NCBI GenBank assembly: GCA_963845755.1 | Contig: CAWJTV010000026.1 | Location: 32,001 to 96,000 of the forward strand | Length of the DNA: 64,000 nt | Source: an uncultured Planctomycetota bacterium | Lineage (GTDB): Bacteria; Planctomycetota; Planctomycetia; Isosphaerales; Isosphaeraceae | Direction of reading: 5' to 3' | Shown: in pieces, positions 11,370 through 21,446 of the stretch | Layout: each line of letters begins with the position of its first letter | How positions within the stretch are numbered: position 1 is the first letter of the stretch | The notes under the pieces: generated by a model | The model's database searches: none | Seen by the model: the letters and a program-made list of their open reading frames with translations, nothing else | What the model was told of the DNA's origin: nothing | Program-made: the position numbers and the translations under genes

Positions 11370-12665
11370 ATGAACGCAAGAAATCGATGGCGATTGTCGG
11401 TGATGATGGCCTTGGTCTATGCGGTCCAGGGCGCGTTCTGGCCGTTGCTGGCGGTGCACCTGGCAGACCTGGGGATCGGGAGCCGTGACCGCGGTTGGAT
11501 CTTCGCGACCCTGGCGATCGGGGCCACGCTGGTCCCTCTGGGGGCCGGTCACCTGGTGGACCGGTTCCTGGCCACCCAGCGCAGTCCTGGCGCTGATCTA
11601 TGCCGCGGGGACGGGCTTGCTGGCGATCCTGGCCTCGGGCTGGGTGAGGTTGCCGGGCGGGTTGTTCGGGCTATTCCTGGTCTACTGGGGGTTGACGGCG
11701 CCGGCCTACAGCCTCTGCAACGCGCTGGCGATGCGCAATCTGGACGATCCCGGCCGGGAATTCGGCGGGGTCCGGCTGTGGGGGACGGCGGGTTGGATGG
11801 TCGCCGGATGGGTCGTCTCGGTGGTGATGGCCGCGTCGGGTTCGACGCGAGCCGGTCAGGGGGCCTTCGAGGCGTTGTGGGTCGCGACCGCGGTCTCGGC
11901 CGTGACCGCGGTCTATTGCCTGACGCTGCCGCACACGCCGCCATTGGCGGTCGGCCCGCGTGGCCGGGGGGTGCTGCGTGCCGGCAGGGAACTGGTCCGC
12001 CAGCCGGACATCGCCGTGTTCCTCCTGGCCTCGCTGGGCGTGTACCTCACCCAGCCCCTGGTGTTCCAGGTCATCCCCGGGTATCTTGAACGCCGTGGCT
12101 TGCCCCGTGCCTGGGTTTCCACGGCGATGACCCTGGGCCAGACGACCGAGATTGCCGTGCTCGCCATCCTCCCCTGGCTGCTGCGCCGCCTCGGCATGAA
12201 GGCGACGTTGATGCTGGGGATCCTGGCCTGGTTCGCGCGGTTTTTGAGCCTGGCGCTGGATCCTCCGCTCTGGTTGGCCGTGGCCGGAACCTTGTTGCAA
12301 GGTGTCGGCATCGCCTGCTTCACCGTGGGGGGACAGGTTTTCCTGGATGGACGGGCCCCGAGCCATCTTCGTGCCAGGCGCAAGGCCTGCTGCTGGTCGC
12401 CACTTCCGGCTTCGCCTCGTTCCTCGGGAGTCTGCTTGCGGGCGAGATGGTGGGCCGGACCCGGCCGGATGATGTTCTGGTGTTCCTGTTCCCTTGCATG
12501 ATCGATGGGGCATTGCTACTCTATTTTTTGCGAGGCTTTCGGGCACCAGCCTTGGTCGCGGCGCGGGCCGGCGCACCCAACGACGAGCCTTCCGCGCCGT
12601 CCCCAACCGGGCGCGGGTCGGTGGCTCGTGTTAGTCATCTGGTGACGGAGTCGGCCGATGGGTGA
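11370..12665 (+). CDS. MFS nucleoside:H+ symporter-like permease (frameshifts near 11580 and 12375)
   Basis: YAVQGAFWP, FGGVRLWGTAGW, TLPHTPP and MTLGQTTEI, typical of the NupG/XapB family. Confidence 0.75.
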
Positions 12666-13269
12666 CTACCTCCGCATGCTGACGATCAGTGACCGGGATA
12701 TCCCCCTGGCCACCCTCCAGCGCGCCGTCCCTTTCGTCGCCATCTGGTCGGTCGATCAGCCCGGGACCCTCGGCAACTACCTGGCCATCGGCCCGGAACT
12801 CCACGTTCTCAAGAACGTCTGGGCGACGATCGAGCGCAATCCCGTCGGGCCGAACACCTTGGGCGCCGAGGAAGTCGCCGAGTTCATCGACAGCCTCGAA
12901 TCCGGCGGCCCGCCGGCGGCGGTCCGTTGGCTCAGCGACTACCTGGAGACGATCCGCGCCATCTACGCCATCCGGATCTATCCCGAAGGCATCCTCTCCC
13001 ACCCCGAGGCCGAGGACGCCGTCTATGCCGTCCGCTCGGCGCTCCGCGAGGCCGTCGGCGGGATCGGACAGTGGGATGGACTCGGGTTCACCAATGAAGA
13101 TGATCGCCTGATCTGGTGCGACCCGCGGATGAGCCTCAATGGCAAGAAGGAGGCGGCGATCCTCGACGAGTCAACCGGCCTCTGGGTCCCCTTCGAGCTG
13201 GATCTCGATGACCCGGAGGAACTCGCCCAGTTCCTCCGCGGTGAGAACCCCAAACGGCACCGCCGTTGA
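12658..13269 (+). CDS. Hypothetical protein
   Basis: Clean 203-aa ORF with genome-typical codon usage, overlapping the upstream stop. Confidence 0.7.
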   Translation: MGDYLRMLTISDRDIPLATLQRAVPFVAIWSVDQPGTLGNYLAIGPELHVLKNVWATIERNPVGPNTLGAEEVAEFIDSLESGGPPAAVRWLSDYLETIRAIYAIRIYPEGILSHPEAEDAVYAVRSALREAVGGIGQWDGLGFTNEDDRLIWCDPRMSLNGKKEAAILDESTGLWVPFELDLDDPEELAQFLRGENPKRHRR

Positions 13270-13295
13270 GCTCGAGCGATTCATCGTGGACTCAC

Positions 13296-14235
13296 TCATC
13301 CGTTGAGCGAACCCAGTAGCTCATCCCAGGTCGAGACGTCGTCGATTCGATCCTGAAGGTCGTGCAGGGTGACGAGATCGGTGATGGACGCGATCCGGGC
13401 TTCGACCCGTTCTTCGGGCGGCCCTAGGTTCTTGCGACCCAGACGTAACAGGGTCGCTCTCGCCTCCTCAAGAAGGCCCTCGACGATCCCCTCGGTACGG
13501 CCCTCGGCACGGCCCTCGGCGATCCCCTGGGCGCGGCCTTTCCGGAGAATCCCCTGATAGACCGATGATTCCTCGATCCCCTCGATCCCGAACAACATGG
13601 CGGATACCCCCTCGATGATCGCGTCAACCTGCTTTTCCGCGTACCGCAACCCCATCAGGATGCGGGTCGCGTTCCACAACGTCGCTGCCTGCTCCCGGCT
13701 GGACTCCCGCGCCAGCCGATCCGACATGGCCAGGAGCACATCGGGGACCCGCTCGGCCGCGACGTCCGACACCGGCGCCAGCGGCAGGACCGGCAAGCCC
13801 GCGGCGAGGATCTCCTCCACCGGCTGCTCCCAGACTCTCACCACATTGTACCGGAACGTATCGTAAACGGCGCCGTGGCGATCCGTCTGCTCGAAGATCC
13901 CCGTCAACTCCGGGCCATCGACCACCGGTCGCAGCAAGATGACCGTCGAATGCACGGGGACCTGGAAACTGTGTCGGATGATGGTGCTGTACCAATGCAC
14001 GCGCTCGGGCAAGTCGGGGTTGCGGCCCGCCTGGAGCTCGATGTGCTCGATCCAGGGCTCGGGATCGTCCACCCAGAGGACCTTGTCGGCCTCGGCGGTG
14101 ACCGTCGAGAGGTTCGAGTCGATCACCCGGACGCGCCGGGTCGGCGACCGGGATGTGCAAGAAGCGGAGCCACGCCGCCGGCTCCATCTCGATCAGCTTC
14201 CGTAACGTCGCATCAAACGGCCGGGACATCACCAC
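13296..14235 (-). CDS. Rpn/YhgA-like PD-(D/E)XK putative nuclease with DUF4351-like tail (frameshift near 14130)
   Basis: SRPFDATLRKLIE, EADKVL...HIELQAG, ESSVYQGIL, GRAEGRAEG repeats, LLRLGRK..GPP tail. Confidence 0.7.
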
Positions 14236-14367
14236 CCCTCCCTGGGCCGGTCCTTCCGGAGAACGCCACCGGGCTCGCTCCGGCCCCGGCTGGCGGGGCT
14301 CCGCACACGGCTCCGCCGCACCATCGGTCAGGCCTTCGCGAGGCCGGTGGCGTTTCCCCGCTTGACC

Positions 14368-14589
14368 TCAGCGGCCAGACTCGACGAGAGCCAGGCGGAA
14401 TCCCAGGCTGACGCGCCGGTCCCCCGGCACGAGCCTGCGGCGATTCGCCGACCGGGCGAGGCGAGGGTCGAGGATCCAGCCCCCGCTGCGGATCACCCGG
14501 TTCGCAGTCTGTGCAGCGCCGGGCGGATCGTCCACCGGAGACTCCTTGTAATAATCGGCCGCATACCCGTCCGAGCACTACTCCCAGAG
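14368..14589 (-). pseudogene. C-terminal fragment of an FGE-sulfatase (C-type lectin fold) gene resembling a DGR variable region
   Basis: Manual translation: LWE*CSDGYAADYYKESPVDDPPGAAQTANRVIRSGGWILDPRLARSANRRRLVPGDRRVSLGFRLALVESGR*; TAG at 14578-14580 replaces the W of WEWC. Confidence 0.8.
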
Positions 14590-14626
14590 GAACCGCTGGG
14601 CGACCCGTCAATTCAAGATTGACGAA

Positions 14627-15703
14627 TCACGAACCCGAGATCCCCCAGTGCCTGTCGAGCCAGCCGTCCAGGCGTGCATCCAGCCAGCGACGGTCGCCTT
14701 GCCACGTCCGGCGGCTGAGATAGCCCAGGTGGCCGCCATACCGGACCAGCTCCAGCACGAGGTTCGGCGGCAGGACCACCCGCTCGAACGGCTCGGGCGG
14801 GATGAACGGATCGTCCATCGCGTGGACGATCAAGCCGGGGACCGCGATGCGTCCCAGCGCGGTCATGAGGCTACACCGTTGGTAATAGTCGTCCGCAGAA
14901 GCGAAGCCATTGCGGCGTGCCGTGTAACGGTCGTCGAAATCGTAGACCGTCTTCACGCCGTCCAGGTGGGTGGGGCCCAGCTCGGGGAACTGGCGATGGA
15001 GCCGTTGAATCATGGCATGGAGCCACTTGACGAAGTTCCGGTCGTAGAGTCGATTCTCCGGGAGGCCCATCCGGCGCGAGCAGGCGGTCAGGTCGATCGG
15101 CGGATTGGCCGCCAGGACGCAGTCGAGTCCCTCGACCCCGGCCGGGTCAAGGGCGGCCTCGGAAGCGAGCTTCAAGACGAGGTTGGCACCCAGGGAAAAA
15201 CCGATGAGCGCGGTCGGCCCCACCCCGTCCCGATCCTTCAGCCAGGCGAGGACTTCGCGGAGATCGTCGCTCCGACCCGCGTGGTAGATGCCCCGGGCCA
15301 GGCCGAACCCGAGGCCCGAGTTGCGGAGGTTCACCCGCACTACCCGGATCCCCCGGTTAACCAGCCGGACGCCGAGCCGGACCATGTAAGGCGCCTCGGC
15401 ACAGCCCGCCAGGCCGTGGACCAGGACGGCCGTCGGCCGCGGGCTCGCCCAGCCGGGTGGGACCGACTCCAGCACCATCAGGCGGTCGCCGTCGGCCAGG
15501 CCGACTTCTCGGGCCGTGGCGGCGAGCCGCGCCCGAGGCGCCGGCCAGTATCGCCCGACGATCGTCTGGGCGTGTCCGCTCCGGAGCCACGGATGCGGCT
15601 CGAACGGAGGAAGGCCGCTTTCTGCGAGGTCTCGATCGATGTAATTCGTCTGACTCGACATGATCGGAATGGATGAGAGGACGCGTTCGAGATCGGCCGT
15701 CAC
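14627..15703 (-). CDS. YheT-family alpha/beta hydrolase
   Basis: GHAQTI, VHGLAG, GFSLG nucleophile elbow, DDPFIP, GGHLGY. Confidence 0.9.
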   Translation of the reverse strand: MTADLERVLSSIPIMSSQTNYIDRDLAESGLPPFEPHPWLRSGHAQTIVGRYWPAPRARLAATAREVGLADGDRLMVLESVPPGWASPRPTAVLVHGLAGCAEAPYMVRLGVRLVNRGIRVVRVNLRNSGLGFGLARGIYHAGRSDDLREVLAWLKDRDGVGPTALIGFSLGANLVLKLASEAALDPAGVEGLDCVLAANPPIDLTACSRRMGLPENRLYDRNFVKWLHAMIQRLHRQFPELGPTHLDGVKTVYDFDDRYTARRNGFASADDYYQRCSLMTALGRIAVPGLIVHAMDDPFIPPEPFERVVLPPNLVLELVRYGGHLGYLSRRTWQGDRRWLDARLDGWLDRHWGISGS

Positions 15704-16335
15704 GGGCCGGGTTGTCCCTGTCCATGTTAACCGAAGGAATCGTTCGTGTCGCCGCGTTTCTGGGATTGCCTGACATTGACGGGCGCCCTGGTGACTCGAA
15801 CATGCAGCATCCGGCGACAGGCGATGTCGTAGGTCATGGCGCCAGCCTTACGATGCAGACAACGATAGCTGGGGGTGGTACAATTCGGCCAGACAAGGAG
15901 AACGGACAACAGGGGCCGGCCTCCGGGAATTCCCGAGGAGGTGCGCAGCGGAATCCGTCATTGAAAACAAAGACACCCCTGGATGGAACTCCCTATCCGA
16001 GAGATCCCGGGAGCGCTCCCATTAGCGGCACCACCTCGGATGGCGGGTATGTCTATGTCCGAGACGCAAGTGGGACCGTCTACGTTCTACCCGATGGGCC
16101 GCATTTGCATCCGAAAGTACTTGGAGGCGCCCTGCCTGCCTCATACGCAGGCGATTTGACCATCGCAAAGGGCACAGTCGTTGATTTGACAAATCTCTCG
16201 GGGACCTTCCGATTCAGGAGTCGAGCAGGGTTGCTGGATGTAGCAAAGCAGCTCGAGAGTCAAGGCTTGACGATCCAGCCTGGTGCCGTTCGATTCTTTC
16301 CCGCGGATGGATCGCGTCCTGTCACGCTACGATGA
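15673..16335 (+). CDS. Hypothetical toxin-like protein (start uncertain)
   Basis: C-terminal YVYVRD...HLHPKVLGG...YAGDL...LTNLSGTF motif set; codon usage visibly AT-richer than the flanks. Confidence 0.45.
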   Translation: MRGRVRDRPSRAGLSLSMLTEGIVRVAAFLGLPDIDGRPGDSNMQHPATGDVVGHGASLTMQTTIAGGGTIRPDKENGQQGPASGNSRGGAQRNPSLKTKTPLDGTPYPRDPGSAPISGTTSDGGYVYVRDASGTVYVLPDGPHLHPKVLGGALPASYAGDLTIAKGTVVDLTNLSGTFRFRSRAGLLDVAKQLESQGLTIQPGAVRFFPADGSRPVTLR

Positions 16336-16371
16336 ACTCAGTCCTGACGAGGTAAATGGAGGTTGCGATCG

Positions 16372-16824
16372 ATGCCGATGAAGATCGTCATCCTCGAGGA
16401 CGACCAACGCCGTGTGGAGGCCATGCGAGACCGCCTGGCCGATCGATTCTATCAATTCGAACACGTTTTTTTCGACTCGTCAACTGAACTTAACGAATAT
16501 TTGGAAAAGCATTTAAATGAAGTGATTGTGTTATCGCTGGATCATGACCTGGAGTTGAAGGTGGACTCCACCGGAACAACGAACGATGCCGGTACGGGTC
16601 GAGAGGTGGCGGACTACCTGGCGAGACAGGGACCCAGTTGCCCCGTGATTATTCATTCGACCAATGAATTTGGTGCACTTGGCATGGAAGGGGTCCTTCG
16701 AGAAGCGGGATGGAAGACTTGCCGGGTCACGCCCTTCGACGATTTGCTGTGGGTCCATGAGGCTTGGTTTCCCGCGATCCGCCGGGCCATTGTCAGGGGA
16801 CCGGCAGCCTCCCTGGGGACATAG
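16372..16824 (+). CDS. Cyclic-phosphate-processing receiver (cREC-like) domain protein
   Basis: ILEDD..R, LSLDHDL, GTG.EV, IIHSTN..G..M motifs; GGAGG upstream at 16358-16362. Confidence 0.75.
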   Translation: MPMKIVILEDDQRRVEAMRDRLADRFYQFEHVFFDSSTELNEYLEKHLNEVIVLSLDHDLELKVDSTGTTNDAGTGREVADYLARQGPSCPVIIHSTNEFGALGMEGVLREAGWKTCRVTPFDDLLWVHEAWFPAIRRAIVRGPAASLGT

Positions 16825-17017
16825 GTGCTTCGCGGGCGATCGGACGGCTCGTACGGGCCGCCTTCGTCGCGGGGCCTGGATACCACTTGGTCGGAATGTG
16901 ATTGAGAATCGCGGGACGTCGGCGATATCTTTGACGGTGACGGCCGGTCAGAGTCGCATGGATTCCGATGGGAATTTCATCCCGCCGATTCCTCGGCGAT
17001 GGGGGAGATCGATCAGA

Positions 17018-19525
17018 ATGTCGAGTCGGACACTTTGGGTCCTGGGCGCAGTCTGTGCCCTATCCTTGGGCCTGCTGCTGGTCTCGGGCCAGATGGGCGC
17101 GAGCCTGTGGCACCGGAGTTCGGCACCGCCGGTCGGGTCGGCCCTCCCCTCCCCCTTCGAGGCAAGGACCGAAGCCACTACGTCGCCGGACCGGCAGTCC
17201 CCGGCCGGCTCCGGCTGGGCTCCCGCGCTGGATCCGAGCGACAACCCGGACCCGAAGGCCGACCTCACGCTAGGCAAGGACCAGCGCGAATACCTCTGGC
17301 AAGTCGAGCATCATGGCCTGGTCCTGAGCCGGCTGGGTTTTTCCCGGATCGCCAAGGCGCTGAAGGACGACGATCCGAAAGCCTTCCTGTCCCTCTGCGC
17401 CGAGGGGTTCGCGGGTGAGGTGCCGGGCCATCCGCGTGAAGTCCGGTTCGAGCACGATGCGACCCGGCTCCTCCGCCAGAGGGATTCCGGCCAGCCGTCG
17501 GTCCGGCTGGACCGCCAGGCGATGATCCTGCGCCTCTTCGAGGACCGCCGCCGGTTCACCGGCCGGCCCAACGTGAAGCTCGCGCTCATGGGGCTCGCGC
17601 CGGTCGACTACAAGGACCTGGACGGGATCTGGCAAGGGACGTGCCAGCTCCGGATGTCCGGCGAGATGGGGGCGGGACGGCCCGGCGAAGTGGTCCTCTA
17701 CCTGCAATATCGCCTGCCCAGGCCGACCGAAGAGCTCCTGAAGTCCGACGGCTGGCTCCGCTCCTGCGCGATCACGCAGCGCCAGGTTGCCGAGGCCCCG
17801 CGATTCCTGATGCACGAGGTCGCCGCCCGGCGCGGGATCGACGTGAAACCGTTCCACGACAACTGGAGCACCCCCGAGGATACGCAGATCGTCTCCGGCG
17901 GCGTCAACCTCTGCGACTACAACCGCGATGGCTGTCTCGATATGCTGGTCACCGACGTGGCCACCAACGTGCTCTATCAAGGTCAACCCGACGGCACGTT
18001 CGCCGACGTCACCAGCCAGGTTCGCCTGCCGCAGATCCCCACGATGATCACCGCGACATTCGTCGACCTCGACGGCGACGGCTGGGAAGACCTGATCTAC
18101 GGCAGCCTGCTGCTTCGTAACCACGAAGGCCGATACTTCGCGCCGGTCGACACCCCGACCCTCTCCGTGCGCCCCCAGGCCAGCGTGGCCGTCGCCGACT
18201 ACGACCGGGACGGCAAGGTCAACCTGTACGTGACCTATATCGGTTTGACCAAGGCCGCGACCTGGATCAAGGGCGAGGGGGGCGGACAGGTGCACAACCG
18301 GCTGTGGAGGAACCTGGGGAATTGGAAATTCGCCGACGTTACCGAATCCAGCGGCGCCTCGGGGGGCAACCGGTTCGACCTTCACCGCGATCTGGCTCGA
18401 CGCCGACGAGGACGGCTGGCCCGATCTTTACGTGATCAACGAGTTCGGCGCGGCGTCCTCCTCGTCAATCAGGGGAATGGAACGTTCCGCGAGCAGTTGA
18501 TCGAGGACGATCCTGGCGACTTCGGCTCGATGGGGGTCACGGCCGGCGATTTCGACAACGACGGCCACATCGACATCTACGTGGCCAACATGTACTCGAA
18601 GGCTGGCAACCGGGTGATGGGTAATCTCTGGCCGGGGTCGTATCCGGATTCGATCCTCGACAAGCTCCACTCGTTCACCAAGGGGAGCCAGTTGCACCAC
18701 AACCTGGGCGGCCTGAAGTTCGAGCGGATCGGCCGGGACCTCCAGGTGGCGGACGTCGGCTGGGCGTATGGCCCGGCGATGGCCGACCTGAACAACGACG
18801 GCTGGCTCGACATCTTCGCCACTTGCGGGTTCATCAGCCGCTCCCGCGACGATCCCGACGGGTGAAACTGCGTGTGGCAGGCTGTCGTGTCACAGCCTTT
18901 CAACCGCGGAGCTTCGGTACCGGCACCCGGTGCGGTCGACTCGTCCCTCGGCGAGTTCTGGGTCACCAACCCCTGGGACATCGTCGACAAGGGCCACAAC
19001 CTGAGTGCCTACGAGCGCAAGCGCGCGTTCCTCAACGTCGGGGGTACGGGTTTCGTCGATATCAGCTACCTGACCGGCGCGGATAGCGACGGCGACGGCC
19101 GCTCGGTGGTCGCCGGCGACTTCCGCAATGACGGCCGGCTCGACCTGGTACTCCGGCAGGTGGGCGGCGGGCCGCTCCGGCTCTTCGAGAACCAGTTCCC
19201 GAAGGCCCACTATTTGACCGTCTCGCTCCGCGGCCGGGCGAGCAACCGGCTCGGGATCGGGGCGCGGGTGACCGCAACGGCCTCGGGACGCACGCAGACC
19301 CGAGAGCTTTATCCTCATAACAGCTTCCATTCCCAGATGGCCAGCCGCCTGCATTTCGGCCTGGGCGACGCCACGCAGATCGATCGGCTGACCGTCCGCT
19401 GGCCCTCCGGCGCCGTGCAGACGCTCGAGAACCTGGCCGCCGATCGCCATGTGATGATCACCGAGGGACTGGCCGGAACCTACGCCCTCGAGACGGTGAC
19501 CCCCGGCCGGCTTATCGCACCGTGA
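17018..19525 (+). CDS. CRTAC1-like FG-GAP/ASPIC-UnbV protein with in-frame TGA at 18863-18865 (candidate selenoprotein)
   Basis: ORFs 16664-18865 and 18872-19525 share one frame; FG-GAP repeats on both sides of the TGA; ASPIC/UnbV tail; short compensated frameshift at about 18375-18450. Confidence 0.75.
18879..18898 (+). promoter_or_regulatory. Candidate bacterial SECIS hairpin
   Basis: AGGCTGT-CGTGTC-ACAGCCT: perfect 7-bp stem, 6-nt loop with G at loop position 2, 20 nt between the TGA and the loop. Confidence 0.55.
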
Positions 19526-19600
19526 CTTTTCTCGGATTCTCTCGGTAAGATTGATGGAGAACCACTCGAAGACGGCCCAGGCTCTCGGGCCGAAGGGATC

Positions 19601-21208
19601 GTGCCGATTCGCGAATCCGGAGATATCGACGCCATGATAGGTTTCTTCCAACGGCGCAAGGCCCTGTCGCAGGCTGCCGTCTTGCTGCTGGGAGCGATAC
19701 TGGGTCTCCTGGCTCGCGATCTGACGATGCCGACACGAGGTGACGATAGCTCCAGGACGAGCGACGATCGTGGGATGTCCCAGCCTCGGGAAGGGTCGCA
19801 CCTGGCCCCGGATACGGCCGCCGCCTATGCCCCCGACTGGGATCGCCCCTATCCTCAGTACCAACCGGTCGGCACGGTCCTCAAGCCCATGCCCCGGCTG
19901 AAGCCGGGTGAGATCTGCCCCCAGGATCTTTCCCCCTTCGGCGGGGCGGGTCATACCTCGTACAGCGCCCTCGACGACGTGGGCGACTTCGAGAGCTTCT
20001 GCCGCATGTGCAAGGAGAACAAACCCCGGCTCATGGAGGAACGCCGCAAGTACATGGAGCAGCGGTATAATTTCAGCGCCGCCGTGACCCGCGACGTGAC
20101 CATGACCCGCGGCAAGCCGCTCCCCGTCGGGCCAGTCGCGCGATTGCCGAAGGAGATTGCCAGTTGGAGCGAGCTGGCCGGGCTGGCGCCGGCAGAGATC
20201 CTGCGGCGCGACCTGTTCCCAATCGGCTTCCGGCCGCTCTCGCATCCCATGCATACGGTCGGCCACCAGCTCTTTCCAGCGATCTGGATCAAGTTTCATC
20301 CCGAACACGAGCGGTTCGACGTCGATTTCGACATCCCCGATCCCTACCTGCCCGAGTTCCCACCCCCGCTGTTCCTGACCACGCGTCCGGACCTGGGCGA
20401 CGTCTCGCGCGGGCATGAGATCACCCAGGCCAACTTCCGCGAGCTGTTCGAGGGGATCCTCACCCCGGAGCAGCTCGAGGGGCTGCGATTGCTGGTCACC
20501 AAGTTTCCCACAACCTGGTTCAATCAAACGAAGCACCGGGTGACCGAGAAGCCGATGCGGGGTACAGCCTGCTTCGATTGCCACGTTAACGGACATACCA
20601 ACGGCGCGATCGCGCTCGATCCGGGCACGCGGCCGACGCTGGCCCGAACGCGGACCGACACGCCCACTTTGCGCGGCAACCATAACATGCAACTGTTCAG
20701 CTCGCGGCGCTCGATTCGTTCGACCGACCATTTCGCCGAACTGGAGGAATACTTCGATGGCGATATCAGCCTTCAGCTCCAGCTCGGCGGCCGGCAGCTC
20801 GACAAGCCCAGCACGAACCGAATGGGCGATTTCAATTCGATCATCGCCTGGCCCCCGGCGTCGAAGCTGGATCGGTTCGGCCGCCTGATCGCGGCGAAAG
20901 CGACGCCGTCAGAGTTGCGCGGCGAGGCCCTCTTCTTCGGCAAGGCGCGCTGCGCCGCCTGCCACCCGGCCCCGACCTATACCGACGACAAGATGCACGA
21001 TCTCCGCGTCGAGGAGTTCTACCATGGCCGCGCCGAAGGCTGGATCAAGACCTTCTCGCTCCGCGGCATCAAGGACTCGCCACCGTACTTCCACGACGGC
21101 CGGCTGCCCACCCTCGAGGATACGGTCGAGTTCTTTAACCTGATCCTCGACCTCAAACTGGCCGATCCGGAGAAGACCGATCTCGTGGCGTTCCTGCGGC
21201 AGCTCTAA
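19601..21208 (+). CDS. Di-heme cytochrome c peroxidase/MauG-like protein
   Basis: CFDCH and CAACH heme motifs, DTPTLRG, LRGIKDSPPYFHDGRLPTLED; N-terminal TM; start may be near 19632. Confidence 0.85.
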   Translation: MPIRESGDIDAMIGFFQRRKALSQAAVLLLGAILGLLARDLTMPTRGDDSSRTSDDRGMSQPREGSHLAPDTAAAYAPDWDRPYPQYQPVGTVLKPMPRLKPGEICPQDLSPFGGAGHTSYSALDDVGDFESFCRMCKENKPRLMEERRKYMEQRYNFSAAVTRDVTMTRGKPLPVGPVARLPKEIASWSELAGLAPAEILRRDLFPIGFRPLSHPMHTVGHQLFPAIWIKFHPEHERFDVDFDIPDPYLPEFPPPLFLTTRPDLGDVSRGHEITQANFRELFEGILTPEQLEGLRLLVTKFPTTWFNQTKHRVTEKPMRGTACFDCHVNGHTNGAIALDPGTRPTLARTRTDTPTLRGNHNMQLFSSRRSIRSTDHFAELEEYFDGDISLQLQLGGRQLDKPSTNRMGDFNSIIAWPPASKLDRFGRLIAAKATPSELRGEALFFGKARCAACHPAPTYTDDKMHDLRVEEFYHGRAEGWIKTFSLRGIKDSPPYFHDGRLPTLEDTVEFFNLILDLKLADPEKTDLVAFLRQL

Positions 21209-21328
21209 GTTCCTCTTTCCTCTTTCGGCGATCGGGGTATGATTCCCGGTCACTCGAGAAAGGGTCGGTGGCCCCCCTGCGCCGTGACGACGGCGGGAGA
21301 TCCGGGGATCGCTCGAAAGAGCCTCCCT

Positions 21329-21392
21329 GGTTGTTTCAAAAAGGGGACTGGCTCCGAGTCTTCGAGGTGCCTGTCCCCTTTTTGAAACAACC
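21329..21392. repeat. Palindromic REP-like element (copy 2), possible terminator
   Basis: Perfect 20-bp inverted repeat GGTTGTTTCAAAAAGGGGAC / GTCCCCTTTTTGAAACAACC. Confidence 0.8.
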
Positions 21393-21446
21393 CTTCAACG
21401 GACGACGGGCGAACGACCCCGGTACCTGATCACGGAGTGATCGACG

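Noticed and set aside
14368..14589. Complete DGR or template repeat in the window
   Set aside because: No reverse transcriptase, Avd or second copy here, and the segment is A-poor at the variable codons, so it is VR-like rather than TR-like
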